Positions 1 to 9,599 of a stretch of DNA of 64,000 nt are shown in pieces. Location: the NCBI GenBank assembly GCA_963816145.1, contig CAWFJP010000030.1:64001-128000 (forward strand), written 5' to 3'. The DNA comes from an uncultured delta proteobacterium. GTDB lineage: Bacteria; Desulfobacterota; Binatia; UBA9968. A program made the translations under genes and the position numbers. How positions within the stretch are numbered: position 1 is the first letter of the stretch; each line of letters starts with the position of its first letter. The notes beneath the pieces are model-generated. The model was given only the letters and a program-made list of their open reading frames with translations. It searched no databases and had not been told where the DNA came from.

Positions 1-2
1 AA

Positions 3-476
3 CAAATTCAATTCACGCTCAACGGAAAATCCGTTAGCCGCGAAGTGCCAACACACCGGCTCCTGCTCGATCTGCTGCGCGATGACATCGGCATTACCGG
101 CACCAAGGAAGGCTGCGGCACCGGTGATTGCGGCGCCTGCACCGTCTATCTCAACGGCAAGCCAGTCAACTCCTGTCTGGTCCTGTCCGGAGAGCTCGAC
201 GGCGCGAACATTGTGACAATCGAAGGATTGCGAATCGGTCCCGAGCTGCACCCGGTGCAACAAGCCTTCGTGCAGGACGGCGGCGCCCAGTGCGGCTACT
301 GCACGCCGGGGATGTTGATGATGTCCAAAGCGCTGCTCGATGAGAATCCCAATCCTACGGAAGAAGAAATACGCTATGCCCTCTCCGGCAACCTGTGCCG
401 CTGCACCGGCTATGCGAAGATCGTCCAGGCGGTCCAAGACGCGGCGGCGATGCTAAGGAGTAAACCCGTTTCATAG
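3..476 (+). CDS. (2Fe-2S)-binding small subunit of a xanthine dehydrogenase/CoxS-family molybdo-hydroxylase (5' truncated by window)
   Basis: GCGTGDCGAC and QCGYCTPG...NLCRCTGY motifs; frame is open from base 3 (QIQFTLNGK). Confidence 0.92.
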   Translation, partial: QIQFTLNGKSVSREVPTHRLLLDLLRDDIGITGTKEGCGTGDCGACTVYLNGKPVNSCLVLSGELDGANIVTIEGLRIGPELHPVQQAFVQDGGAQCGYCTPGMLMMSKALLDENPNPTEEEIRYALSGNLCRCTGYAKIVQAVQDAAAMLRSKPVS

Positions 477-556
477 GTTCCAGCCGTTCCAATGGTTCCA
501 ATCAGGAGTTTTTCCTTCAACATGGAACTTCTCGAACAGCTGGAACGATTGAAACT
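477..556. repeat. 9-nt-periodic inverted repeat (GTTCCA.../...TGGAAC family)
   Basis: gttccagcc gttccaatg gttccaatc ... ctcgaacag ctggaacga ttgaaac in an intergenic gap. Confidence 0.65.
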
Positions 557-571
557 TCCCAAGGAGTTAAT

Positions 572-2884
572 ATGTCCGAATTAACAGTCATCGGCAAACC
601 GGTAACGCGCGTCGACGCGAACGAAAAGGTCACCGGACAAATAGTCTACGGCTACGATCTGGCACTGCCGAACATGCTCTACGGCAAGACGCTGTTCAGC
701 CCCAAAGCCCACGCCAAAATCAAGAGAATCAATATCTCGAAGGCCAAAGCGCTGCCCGGCGTAGTCGCTGTAGTCACCGGTGCGGATGCGCCCTGGACCC
801 ATGGCGAAGCCGTCAAAGACAAGCCGTTCCTAGCCCAAGGCAAAGTGCGTTATATCGGCGAACCTGTGGCAGCGGTGGCCGCCGAGGACGAAGACATCGC
901 GCAAGCGGCAGTCAAGCTCATCGAAGTCGAATATGAGGATCTGCCCGTCTACACCGACCCCGAAGCGGCCTGTAAACCCGGCTGCATGGAGATCCACGAA
1001 GACTACGACAGCTATCGCAAGGCCAACTTTATGGTTCGCGGTACCGCCCCCAACGTCGCCGAGCATTTCAAGCTACGTACCGGCGATGTCGCCAAAGGCT
1101 TTGCCGAATCCGATTTAGTATTGGACGAGAAGTATTTCGTGCCGATGATCCAGCATGCCGCCATGGAGCCCCATTCGGCACATGCGCAGTGGGACAAGGA
1201 ATCCGGCCGGCTGACGATCTGGGTTGCCAACGATGCGCCCTTCCGCGCCCTGCACGAGATCTCTGAAGCTCTCAGCATGGACAAGGAAAAAATCCGCTTC
1301 ATCAATCCAGCCCAAGGCGGCGGTTTCGGCTCCAAGGGCGGTTTGAAATGCGAACCCATCGCCGTTGCCTTGGCGTTCCATACCAACGGCCGGCCGGTGC
1401 GGGTGAAGTTCAACCGTGAAGAAACTTTCATTTCAACGCTGACACGCCACGAAGCGGTGGTCTATTCGAAGACGGGCGTGAAGAAAGATGGCACCTTGGT
1501 CGCGCGCGAGATGACGATCTACTGGGGCGCCGGCGCCTATGCTGAGAAAAGTCCGACCGTCTGCATCCGCGGCAGTCTGCCCGCGCCCGGACCCTATCGC
1601 ATTCCCCATGTCAAAGTTGACGGATATGCGGTTTACACGAATAAGCCGGTTGCCGGTTCCTATCGCGGCTACGGTATCCCCCAAGGCGCCTGGGCCGGCG
1701 AACAGCAAATGGACGAGCTGGCGCGCAAACTCGGGATGGACCCCATCGACATCCGGATGAAAAATATCTTCGTCGAAGGCGACATGTCCTATTGGGGCGA
1801 GCAGCTCCACGCCGTCGGCTTGAAAGAGACCTTGATCAAGGCTACCGAAGCCATCGAGTACGGCAAGAAATCGACGATCCACAAGCCGGGCCTGAAAATC
1901 GGCAAAGGCTTTGCCTGCATCCAAAAGCCAACCCGCTCGCCGACGACTTCCAATGCCGGGGTGACCGTCAACACCCAGGGCGAAGTGACCGTGTTCGCCG
2001 GAACCGTGGAAATCGGCCAAGGTTGCAACACAATCCTCTCGCAAGTCGCCGCCGAAGAATTAAAAGTCCCCATGACCAAAGTGCACATGCACCAGCTCGA
2101 CACCGACGTCATCCCCTACGACGCTTCGACGACTTCAAGCCGGAGTACCTATCACATGGGCAACGCCGTGCGCGGCGCCTCGATCCACGCTCGCGAGCAA
2201 ATCATGGAAGCGGCCGCGCCGATGCTCGAAGTCGGCATGCAAGACCTCGCTTTGGCCGATGGTAAAGTCTTCTCCAAAGATCAGCCTCAACAAGCCCTGC
2301 CCATTGGCGAGGTGGTCAAGCGCAAGCTTGGCATCAACGGCATCGTCCGCGGCGACGCTTCGTACACTTATGAGATCGGCAAGGACCTGGACTTGGAGAC
2401 CGGCCATAGCGACCATGCTTCGGCCTTTTACATGTACGCCACCCAAGCCGCCGAAGTCAGCGTCGACGAGGAGAGCGGGCGTGTGCGCGTGTTAAGAATG
2501 TCTGCCGCCCATGACGTCGGCAAGGCGATCAATCCACTCAACTGCGCCGCGCAGATCGAAGGCGGCGTGGTCATGGGGATCGGCTCGGCGATCCATGAAG
2601 AGATGGTGATCGACAACAACGGCAAAGTGCGCAATCCCTCTTTCTTGGATTACCATCTGGTCACTTCGCTCGATTGTCCAGAATTGATCCCGATCATCGT
2701 CGAATGTGCCGAGCCGGAGGGCCCTTACGGCGCCAAAGGCTTGGGCGAACCTGGACTAGCACCGACGCCAGCGGCCATTGGCAATGCGGTCACCGATGCC
2801 ACTGGCGTGCGAATTTACGATCTGCCGCTCAAGCCGGAAAATGTTTTCTGGGCGCTGCAAAAGAACAAAAAAAGCGCCGCTTAA
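572..2884 (+). CDS. Xanthine dehydrogenase family molybdopterin-binding large subunit
   Basis: GGGFGSK, SYRGYG, EIGQG, QIEGG and GAKGLGEP motifs; AAGGAG RBS. Confidence 0.93.
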   Translation: MSELTVIGKPVTRVDANEKVTGQIVYGYDLALPNMLYGKTLFSPKAHAKIKRINISKAKALPGVVAVVTGADAPWTHGEAVKDKPFLAQGKVRYIGEPVAAVAAEDEDIAQAAVKLIEVEYEDLPVYTDPEAACKPGCMEIHEDYDSYRKANFMVRGTAPNVAEHFKLRTGDVAKGFAESDLVLDEKYFVPMIQHAAMEPHSAHAQWDKESGRLTIWVANDAPFRALHEISEALSMDKEKIRFINPAQGGGFGSKGGLKCEPIAVALAFHTNGRPVRVKFNREETFISTLTRHEAVVYSKTGVKKDGTLVAREMTIYWGAGAYAEKSPTVCIRGSLPAPGPYRIPHVKVDGYAVYTNKPVAGSYRGYGIPQGAWAGEQQMDELARKLGMDPIDIRMKNIFVEGDMSYWGEQLHAVGLKETLIKATEAIEYGKKSTIHKPGLKIGKGFACIQKPTRSPTTSNAGVTVNTQGEVTVFAGTVEIGQGCNTILSQVAAEELKVPMTKVHMHQLDTDVIPYDASTTSSRSTYHMGNAVRGASIHAREQIMEAAAPMLEVGMQDLALADGKVFSKDQPQQALPIGEVVKRKLGINGIVRGDASYTYEIGKDLDLETGHSDHASAFYMYATQAAEVSVDEESGRVRVLRMSAAHDVGKAINPLNCAAQIEGGVVMGIGSAIHEEMVIDNNGKVRNPSFLDYHLVTSLDCPELIPIIVECAEPEGPYGAKGLGEPGLAPTPAAIGNAVTDATGVRIYDLPLKPENVFWALQKNKKSAA

Positions 2885-2982
2885 GCTTTCTCGCCTCGAA
2901 TTTCCGCAAACTTTCGTTTAAAATTTACTCACCGGCTGAGATCGTTCAGCCGGAATATTCCCTTGTCGCGGAGGACCACGTA

Positions 2983-4155
2983 ATGCGGACTGCTTTTCGC
3001 CGATCGCTCCTGACGCTCAGTTTGGCTGCCGTGGCGTTCTCCGGATTGCCGTCCATGGCGGCGGAAACCGGGCAGCGCACCATCCAAACCGTACCCGGCA
3101 TGCCCGCAGTGACCGATCCCCACAATCTTTATAGCGAAGCCCGCTCGGACAAGTTGAGTCCAACCGTAGCCAAGCACTTGAGCCGAGTGTACGTGCCCAA
3201 CCGCAGCTCTAACGATGTCTGGGTCATCGATCCCGAATCGCTAAAAGTCGTCGACAAATTCAAAGTGGGCATCCATCCGCAGCATGTCGTGCCGTCCTGG
3301 GATTTGAAAACGCTTTGGGTCAACAACAATGCGGAGAAACGCAATGACGGCAGCGTCACGCCCATCGATCCGCTCACCGGCAAGCCGGGCAAAAACATCC
3401 CGGTGGACGATCCGTACAACATGTACTTCACACCGGATGGCAGCGCGGCCATCGTCGTCGCCGAAGCGCGCAAGCGACTCGACTTCCGCGATCCGCACAC
3501 CATGGCGATGAAATACGCCATCGACACGCCGGACTGTGGCGGTATCAATCATGCAGATTTCTCCATCGACGGGCGCTACGCGATCTTCACCTGTGAGTAC
3601 TCCAAGAGCCTAGCAAAGGTTGATCTAGTCGAGAAAAAAGTCGTCGGCTACTTGAAACTATCCAAGGGCGGCATGCCCCAGGACGTGCGCATCTCACCAG
3701 ACGGCAAAGTCTTTTACGTCGCCGATATGAAAGCCGCCGGCATTTTCATTATCGACGGTGATAAATTCACAGAGACCGGGTTGATCCCCACTGGCATCGG
3801 CGCCCACGGCCTCTATCCCAACCGCGATGGCACCAAGCTCTACGTCGCCAACCGCGGCGTCGCCAAAGTGTACGGCCCACCCAAAGGTAAAGGCAGCGTC
3901 AGCGTCGTCGACTTCGCCACCCGTAAAGTCGAAACAACCTGGGTGATTCCCGGTGGTGGCAGCCCCGACATGGGCAACGTCAGCGTCGACGGCAAACAGC
4001 TCTGGCTCTCCGGCCGCTACGACAATGAAATTTACGTCTTCGACACGACCAAGGGTAGCGTCAAAAAAATCCCCGTAAAGACCGAACCCCACGGTCTCAC
4101 CGTGTGGCCACAGCCCGGACGATATTCGCTCGGGCATACCGGGAATATGCGGTAA
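2983..4155 (+). CDS. YncE/YVTN-type beta-propeller secreted protein
   Basis: Signal-peptide-like N-terminus after GGAGG RBS; repeated SPDGK/YVAN blade motifs; ends GHTGNMR. Confidence 0.8.
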   Translation: MRTAFRRSLLTLSLAAVAFSGLPSMAAETGQRTIQTVPGMPAVTDPHNLYSEARSDKLSPTVAKHLSRVYVPNRSSNDVWVIDPESLKVVDKFKVGIHPQHVVPSWDLKTLWVNNNAEKRNDGSVTPIDPLTGKPGKNIPVDDPYNMYFTPDGSAAIVVAEARKRLDFRDPHTMAMKYAIDTPDCGGINHADFSIDGRYAIFTCEYSKSLAKVDLVEKKVVGYLKLSKGGMPQDVRISPDGKVFYVADMKAAGIFIIDGDKFTETGLIPTGIGAHGLYPNRDGTKLYVANRGVAKVYGPPKGKGSVSVVDFATRKVETTWVIPGGGSPDMGNVSVDGKQLWLSGRYDNEIYVFDTTKGSVKKIPVKTEPHGLTVWPQPGRYSLGHTGNMR

Positions 4156-4398
4156 ACCGAAGCAGTTTTGCTTTTGGCCGCTTGATTTCCCCAAGCTGGA
4201 TCTGACAGGTTCCGAGGTCCTGACTACCCATCACTCATCCAAAAAGCTGACATACTTGGGCTCTGTCGGGAATTAGGCCATTCCCATCGTTGCAACGATT
4301 TCTGCCCCACATCCTTGCGCCAAGCGCATCAACTCCGGTAAAAGGCGGTCATGCAATTGTGTGTCGAACCGATACTGTGCGCGATCAAGGAGAGTCAC

Positions 4399-5433
4399 AT
4401 GCGCGGAATCGCATTTTTGTTTTTGGCCATGCTCGCGATCGTATTGCCCCGCCAAGCCGGCGCCGCCACAGCGACTGACAGCTTCTACCGCGGCAAAACC
4501 ATTAGGGTGATCGTCGGCTTTGCCGCTGGCGGCGGCTTCGATCAATACGCCCGCACCATCGCGCGCCACATGCCCAAGCATATTTCCGGCAACCCGGCCA
4601 TGATCGTCGACAATATGACCGGCGCCGGCAGCCGGCTCGCCGCCAATTATCTCTACAAAGCCAGCGCGCCGGATGGCCTGACCATCGGTAACTTCATCGG
4701 CTCGCTGCTGTTGCAACAGATCCTCGGCGACCAGGGTGTCGAATTCGACGGCAAACGCTTCGAATGGCTCGGCGCGCCGGTGCAAGACGAAACTGTCTGC
4801 GCCTTGACCAAGGCGAGCGGCGTCACCAGCCTCGACCAGTGGTTTGCCGCCAAAAAGCCGGTAAAGCTCGGCGGCGAAGCGCCGGGTGCCAACGACTCCG
4901 ACGTGCCGCGCATGCTGCAAGCGACTCTGAAGCTGCCGCTGCAATTGATCGAGGGCTACAAAGGCACTTCGTTCATCCGCATCGCTGCCGAGGCCGGCGA
5001 AGTCGACGGCGGCTGTTGGACCTGGGCTTCGATCCGCTCGACTTGGAAGAAAGGCATCGATTCCGGAGAGGTGATTCCGATCATCCAAGTCAACGCCAAG
5101 AAAGCTCACGATATCCAGCAGGTCCCCAACGCCACCGATCACGCCAAAACCGCCGAGGCTAAAGCGCTGCTGGATGCCGGCGTTCATGCGCCATCGGCGA
5201 TCCTGCGCGCCTACGCCCTGCCGCCGGGGACGCCGAAAGATCGATTGAATATTCTCCGCGAGGCGTTCAACGCAACCATGAAGGACAAAGAATTCATCAC
5301 CGAGATCGTCAAGGGCAACTTGGAACTTGACCCGCTCAACGGCGCCGAAGTGGAAACCATCGCGCGCAAGCTCTACCAGGTCGACCCAAGCTTGGTTGGC
5401 AAACTACGCGACATCTTGGTGCCGAAGAAATAG
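4399..5433 (+). CDS. Tripartite tricarboxylate transporter substrate-binding protein (Bug/TctC family)
   Basis: FYRGKTIRVIVGFAAGGGFD, NMTGAGS, PDGLTIG, PPGTPKDR motifs. Confidence 0.9.
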   Translation: MRGIAFLFLAMLAIVLPRQAGAATATDSFYRGKTIRVIVGFAAGGGFDQYARTIARHMPKHISGNPAMIVDNMTGAGSRLAANYLYKASAPDGLTIGNFIGSLLLQQILGDQGVEFDGKRFEWLGAPVQDETVCALTKASGVTSLDQWFAAKKPVKLGGEAPGANDSDVPRMLQATLKLPLQLIEGYKGTSFIRIAAEAGEVDGGCWTWASIRSTWKKGIDSGEVIPIIQVNAKKAHDIQQVPNATDHAKTAEAKALLDAGVHAPSAILRAYALPPGTPKDRLNILREAFNATMKDKEFITEIVKGNLELDPLNGAEVETIARKLYQVDPSLVGKLRDILVPKK

Positions 5434-5531
5434 CCGGCGCTAGCGAGGCAACTGTTGGAACCACCGGAGGGTTGAAATGACAAATAGATCCTCCACCGCT
5501 CTCAGCTTTCGAAATCGCGGTGTTCAATCCA

Positions 5532-7757
5532 TTAGCGCCAATGTAAGATTTTTAGGATATCGGAATACTCATCGGTCCACAGTTCGCCGCCGAGGTTGCC
5601 GTTGAGCCCGTGCCAGCGCGGCTTGCTTGTGAATCGCTCGACCGAGCGCTGATCGCGCGCCAACAAAATCCATCGAGAAGCAGTTTTTCCTTCAGCAGTT
5701 AGTTCCGCTGGGAGATTGAAGTCGTCTTGAATCAGCGCCATGAGATTGAGTTCCTTGGCCAGCCGGTCGAGCACCGGAGCAAGATCCATGTAACGGTTGG
5801 AAATGTGTATCAGCAGCAAGCCGTTGGAGGCGGTTTTGCGGAGATAGAGTTCGATCGCTTGGCGGGTCAAAAGATGGACCGGAATCACGTCCGAGCTGAA
5901 GGCATCTAGAATAAAAATATCGAAGTGGTGATCCGGCGCGTTCGCCAGCGATAGCCGTGCATCACCGATGACCACATCGATCTTTGGCGGGCAGTCGCGC
6001 ATAAAGGTAAACAAGCTCTCGTCGCGCGCGATCCGTTCCACCATCGGGTCGATCTCGTAGAACGTGAAACTCTGCCCGGCAACGCCGTGGCACGCTAGCG
6101 CACCAGCGCCAAGACCGACGACAGCGACGTTACGCGCCGAGCCGCCGCGGGCGCTGGCGATCAGCACCTGACCGACGGGACTGGTGCTATGATAGTAGGT
6201 CGACGGCCCTAACCGTTTTGACGGTTCGGCATTCTGCGCGCCATGAATCGTCGTGCCGTGAAACAACAGATAGCGATTATTCCGCGCATCGAACGTCGCC
6301 CGGTAGGCACCGAAGAAACTCCGACCGCGAAACAGCTCCTGCCCTTGCGGTTTTGGAAACATCGCAGAGATCATAAACAATGCGATGAAGCCCATGCCAA
6401 ACCGTACGGGTCGATAGGCGAATAACAAACAAATGACCCCCGTAATGCCAAAAATCATCAGCGAACGATTGGCGTGCGCCAATACGGGCGCGGTCTTGCT
6501 CAATGCGATGAGTCCACCCATGGCGACGCATAACAATAACGGCAAAAGCCAGTCCAGCTTTTGGCTCACCGCTGATCTGCCCCCAACAACGACAAACGGA
6601 CGGGCAAAAGCCGCCGCTACCATCATCAATGGATATTCATAGACACCGTCGAAGATTTGCGGCGCGAGCAAGGCGTTGGACAGTCCACCGAGCACACCGC
6701 CCAATGATATCCATAGATAGAAGTCAGTGAGATAGATCGCCGGGGGACGGTCCTCAGCCAGTCGGCCGTGACAAATCATAGCGGTGGCCAAGAAAGCCAG
6801 CAGGTGTACTGGCAGCACCAGGTAAACCGGACTCGTGGCACTCACCGCGATCGTTAGCGCCGCACCGAGCAGCAGAAATGCCTGACTTCGAACCATGAAC
6901 GCGCCGGTCAGCCATTTCGCGCCGTTGAACGCCACGATGAACGAAAACAAATAGGCTGCCAGTGGAATGACCCAGAACAGCGGCGCCGAAACCACATCCG
7001 TAGTGATGTACGTGGTCACGCCGCAGAGTAGACTCGATGGCACGCATGACCAGAAAACCCAGCGCAAGCGACGCGTGATCGTGATTGAGATGTTGCCGCG
7101 GCTGATGCCATTGGGCACTCCATTAGTTTCAATGAGATCGGTACCGTTTTCCTCAAACCGCCCGGAGCTCGAACGCAAAAACATCAGCCAGCAGAGCGCG
7201 ATGAGGGCCGAGAGTCCGACATAGCCATAGAACCAATAGCGACCTTGTTGACTCAGTGTGAGATTGGACTCCAGCAATATCGGATAGGCGAGCAGTCCGA
7301 CCAAGCTCCCACCGTTGCTCGCCGCATACAGAAAATAGGGATCTCGCGCAGCGACGTGGCGACACTGAGCAAACCACTTCTGCAGCAACGGTGCCCCCGC
7401 GGTAATTACCAGAAACGGAAAGCCAATCGAGGCCGTCAAACTGCCTAAGACCAGCTCTGTCGGATTGTCAGCCGGTCGCGAGAACCACTGCATCGGCAGA
7501 GCGATCGGAAGCGTAAATATGGCGGCAAAAACTAATCCCAAATGGACCCATGCATGGCGCTTGATACCGAGCCACGAACTGCCGTAATGCGCATAAGCAT
7601 AGCCAATCAGCAGACAGCCTTGAAAGAATAGCAGGCACGAGTTCCAAACCGCCGGGCTGCCGCCAAGCAGTGGCAGGATCATCTTCGCAACCATTGGTTC
7701 AATAATGAACAACAACGCCGCGTTGACGAACAAAGTTAGCGAATAAAGGTGGATCAA
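5532..7757 (-). CDS. Fused membrane domain / spermidine-synthase-like SAM-dependent transferase
   Basis: Many TM segments, then VVGLGAG, YEIDP, GDAR and LDAFSSD..PVHLLT motifs. Confidence 0.85.
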   Translation of the reverse strand: MIHLYSLTLFVNAALLFIIEPMVAKMILPLLGGSPAVWNSCLLFFQGCLLIGYAYAHYGSSWLGIKRHAWVHLGLVFAAIFTLPIALPMQWFSRPADNPTELVLGSLTASIGFPFLVITAGAPLLQKWFAQCRHVAARDPYFLYAASNGGSLVGLLAYPILLESNLTLSQQGRYWFYGYVGLSALIALCWLMFLRSSSGRFEENGTDLIETNGVPNGISRGNISITITRRLRWVFWSCVPSSLLCGVTTYITTDVVSAPLFWVIPLAAYLFSFIVAFNGAKWLTGAFMVRSQAFLLLGAALTIAVSATSPVYLVLPVHLLAFLATAMICHGRLAEDRPPAIYLTDFYLWISLGGVLGGLSNALLAPQIFDGVYEYPLMMVAAAFARPFVVVGGRSAVSQKLDWLLPLLLCVAMGGLIALSKTAPVLAHANRSLMIFGITGVICLLFAYRPVRFGMGFIALFMISAMFPKPQGQELFRGRSFFGAYRATFDARNNRYLLFHGTTIHGAQNAEPSKRLGPSTYYHSTSPVGQVLIASARGGSARNVAVVGLGAGALACHGVAGQSFTFYEIDPMVERIARDESLFTFMRDCPPKIDVVIGDARLSLANAPDHHFDIFILDAFSSDVIPVHLLTRQAIELYLRKTASNGLLLIHISNRYMDLAPVLDRLAKELNLMALIQDDFNLPAELTAEGKTASRWILLARDQRSVERFTSKPRWHGLNGNLGGELWTDEYSDILKILHWR

Positions 7758-7810
7758 ACCCTATTCCGGTATTGTATTTTGTCGCGACCTAGCCAATGGA
7801 ATCCAAATCA

Positions 7811-7825
7811 GCGAGAAGCGTGCCA
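7811..7825 (-). promoter_or_regulatory. Possible sigma54 -24/-12 promoter
   Basis: TGGCAC-GCTTC-TCGC on minus strand about 55 bp upstream of the 5532..7757 gene. Confidence 0.45.
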
Positions 7826-7970
7826 CCCCATCCGAAAACGCCGGAAATAATTATCCCCGTAACGAAATTAGCAGATCAATGCCACTAGTCAATTGACATG
7901 TTAGGCCTATCCCCGATACAAACAGCTACCGAAACGCTGTTCGAAATTCATATATCGTACAAGGGAATTT

Positions 7971-8168
7971 ATGACCGAAGACCTTACTTTTGAGAATCTA
8001 GAATTGCTGGCCCAAAGACGCGGCTTAACGCTGCCGCAGGAAGAGCTGCAAAAACTCTTGCCTGGAGTCATACGGGCGCGGCGGCAGGCGGCCGAGTTGC
8101 GAGATCTGCTCGCGCGCGGCGACGAACCGGCCGGCGTATTCAAAGCCGCCAGAGGCGACGGGAAGTAG
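7971..8168 (+). CDS. Small GatC/AtzG-like amidase partner protein
   Basis: 65 aa helical protein (LAQRRGLTL...EPAGVF) ending 7 bp before an amidase. Confidence 0.65.
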   Translation: MTEDLTFENLELLAQRRGLTLPQEELQKLLPGVIRARRQAAELRDLLARGDEPAGVFKAARGDGK

Positions 8169-8175
8169 CCAAACC

Positions 8176-9579
8176 ATGGAGCAAAGCGAACTCTGCTATC
8201 TGACCATCGCCGACGCTGCCGCCGGGCTGCGGCGCAAACAATTTTCCGCCATCGAACTCACCGATGCCTGTCTCGATCGTATCGATGCCTTGGACGGCAA
8301 GTTGCACAGCTTCATCACCCTCACCGGCGACCTCGCCCTCGAACAGGCCAGGCAAGCAGAAAAGGAGCTGCGAGCCGGAACCGACCGCGGGCCGCTGCAC
8401 GGCATTCCCATCGCACTCAAAGATCTCTACGCGACCAAGGGAATTCGTACCACCTGTCATTCGGCGGTATTGGAGAACTGGATTCCCGACCATGATGCCA
8501 CTACCGCGGTGAAGCTTCAGCAAGCCGGCACGGTTTTGCTTGGAAAACTCGGCATGCACGAATTCGCCTTCGGCGGGCCGTCGGTGGATGCTCCCTTCCC
8601 TGCCGTACGGAATCCCTGGAACACGGCACATATTCCCGGCGGTTCGAGCAGCGGTTCGGGCGCAGCCCTCGCTGCTGGCTTTTGCTACGGTGCGCTCGGC
8701 TCCGACACCGGCGGTTCGATCAGAACGCCGTCGTCCCACTGCGGTATCGTCGGCATCAAACCCACCTACGGCCGCTGCAGTCGTTACGGTGTCATCCCGC
8801 TCAGCTGGTCCCTCGATCACACCGGCCCCATGGCGCGCAGCGTCGAAAACTGCGCCATCATGCTGCAAGTCCTGGCCGGCTACGATCCCAAGGATAACGC
8901 TTCCGCGAATGTGCCGGTGCCGAACTTTCAAGCCGGCATGAAGGATGGAATTAAAGGTCTGCGCGTCGGCGTGCCGCGCAAGAATTGGTTCGATGAAAAT
9001 TTAGGCATCGATCCGCAAACCGAGGCGGCCTTTGATCAAGCGCTCAAGGTCCTCGAAAGCCTCGGTGCCACGATTGTCGACATCGACGGCAAACCTTTTT
9101 CTCTGGCGCGCAAAGCCAACCAAACAATTTTGGTCTGTGAAGCCTACGCCTATCACGAAAAGACTTACCAACAGACGCCGCTGAAATTCGGCAGCTCAGT
9201 GCGCAGAAGAATGCTTGAAGGCGCTTTCCTGAGCGCCGCCGATTATCTAACCGCCCAACGCGCCCGCGCCGTGCTCAACGACCAGATCCGCGCCAACTTC
9301 GCCGGCGTCGACGTCTTCGCCGTTCCCGGCGCCGCCCGCCCGCCGGAACCCTTCGCAGGCTTGGATCCCAACGAGCAAAACATGCGGCCGAGCTTCACCA
9401 ATCCATTTAATCTGACAGGGCTGCCGGCGATCTCAGTGCCATGCGGTTTTACCCAAGGGAATCTACCGGCGGGACTGCAAATCGTCGCGCCACCATTTGA
9501 TGAGGCCGCTTGTTTCCGCGTCGCGTATGCTTACGAGCAGGCAACGGAATGGCACAAACATCGACCCGCCGTTTCATAG
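8176..9579 (+). CDS. Amidase signature family enzyme (GatA/AtzE-like)
   Basis: GPLHGIPIALKD, GGSSSGS, GSDTGGSIRTP catalytic motifs. Confidence 0.92.
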   Translation: MEQSELCYLTIADAAAGLRRKQFSAIELTDACLDRIDALDGKLHSFITLTGDLALEQARQAEKELRAGTDRGPLHGIPIALKDLYATKGIRTTCHSAVLENWIPDHDATTAVKLQQAGTVLLGKLGMHEFAFGGPSVDAPFPAVRNPWNTAHIPGGSSSGSGAALAAGFCYGALGSDTGGSIRTPSSHCGIVGIKPTYGRCSRYGVIPLSWSLDHTGPMARSVENCAIMLQVLAGYDPKDNASANVPVPNFQAGMKDGIKGLRVGVPRKNWFDENLGIDPQTEAAFDQALKVLESLGATIVDIDGKPFSLARKANQTILVCEAYAYHEKTYQQTPLKFGSSVRRRMLEGAFLSAADYLTAQRARAVLNDQIRANFAGVDVFAVPGAARPPEPFAGLDPNEQNMRPSFTNPFNLTGLPAISVPCGFTQGNLPAGLQIVAPPFDEAACFRVAYAYEQATEWHKHRPAVS

Positions 9580-9599
9580 GCGGAACCACTCATCGCGCC

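Noticed and set aside
572-2884. Aerobic CO dehydrogenase CoxL
   Set aside because: The active-site loop reads SYRGYG, not AYxCSFR; the substrate cannot be assigned
2674-2982. N-terminal extension of the YncE-like ORF (likewise 18956..19372 for the ABC ATPase)
   Set aside because: Overlaps the upstream gene; a downstream ATG matching the expected domain start fits better
7971-9579. True gatCA of the tRNA amidotransferase
   Set aside because: No gatB adjacent and the sequence looks like a generic amidase; glnS is present in the window
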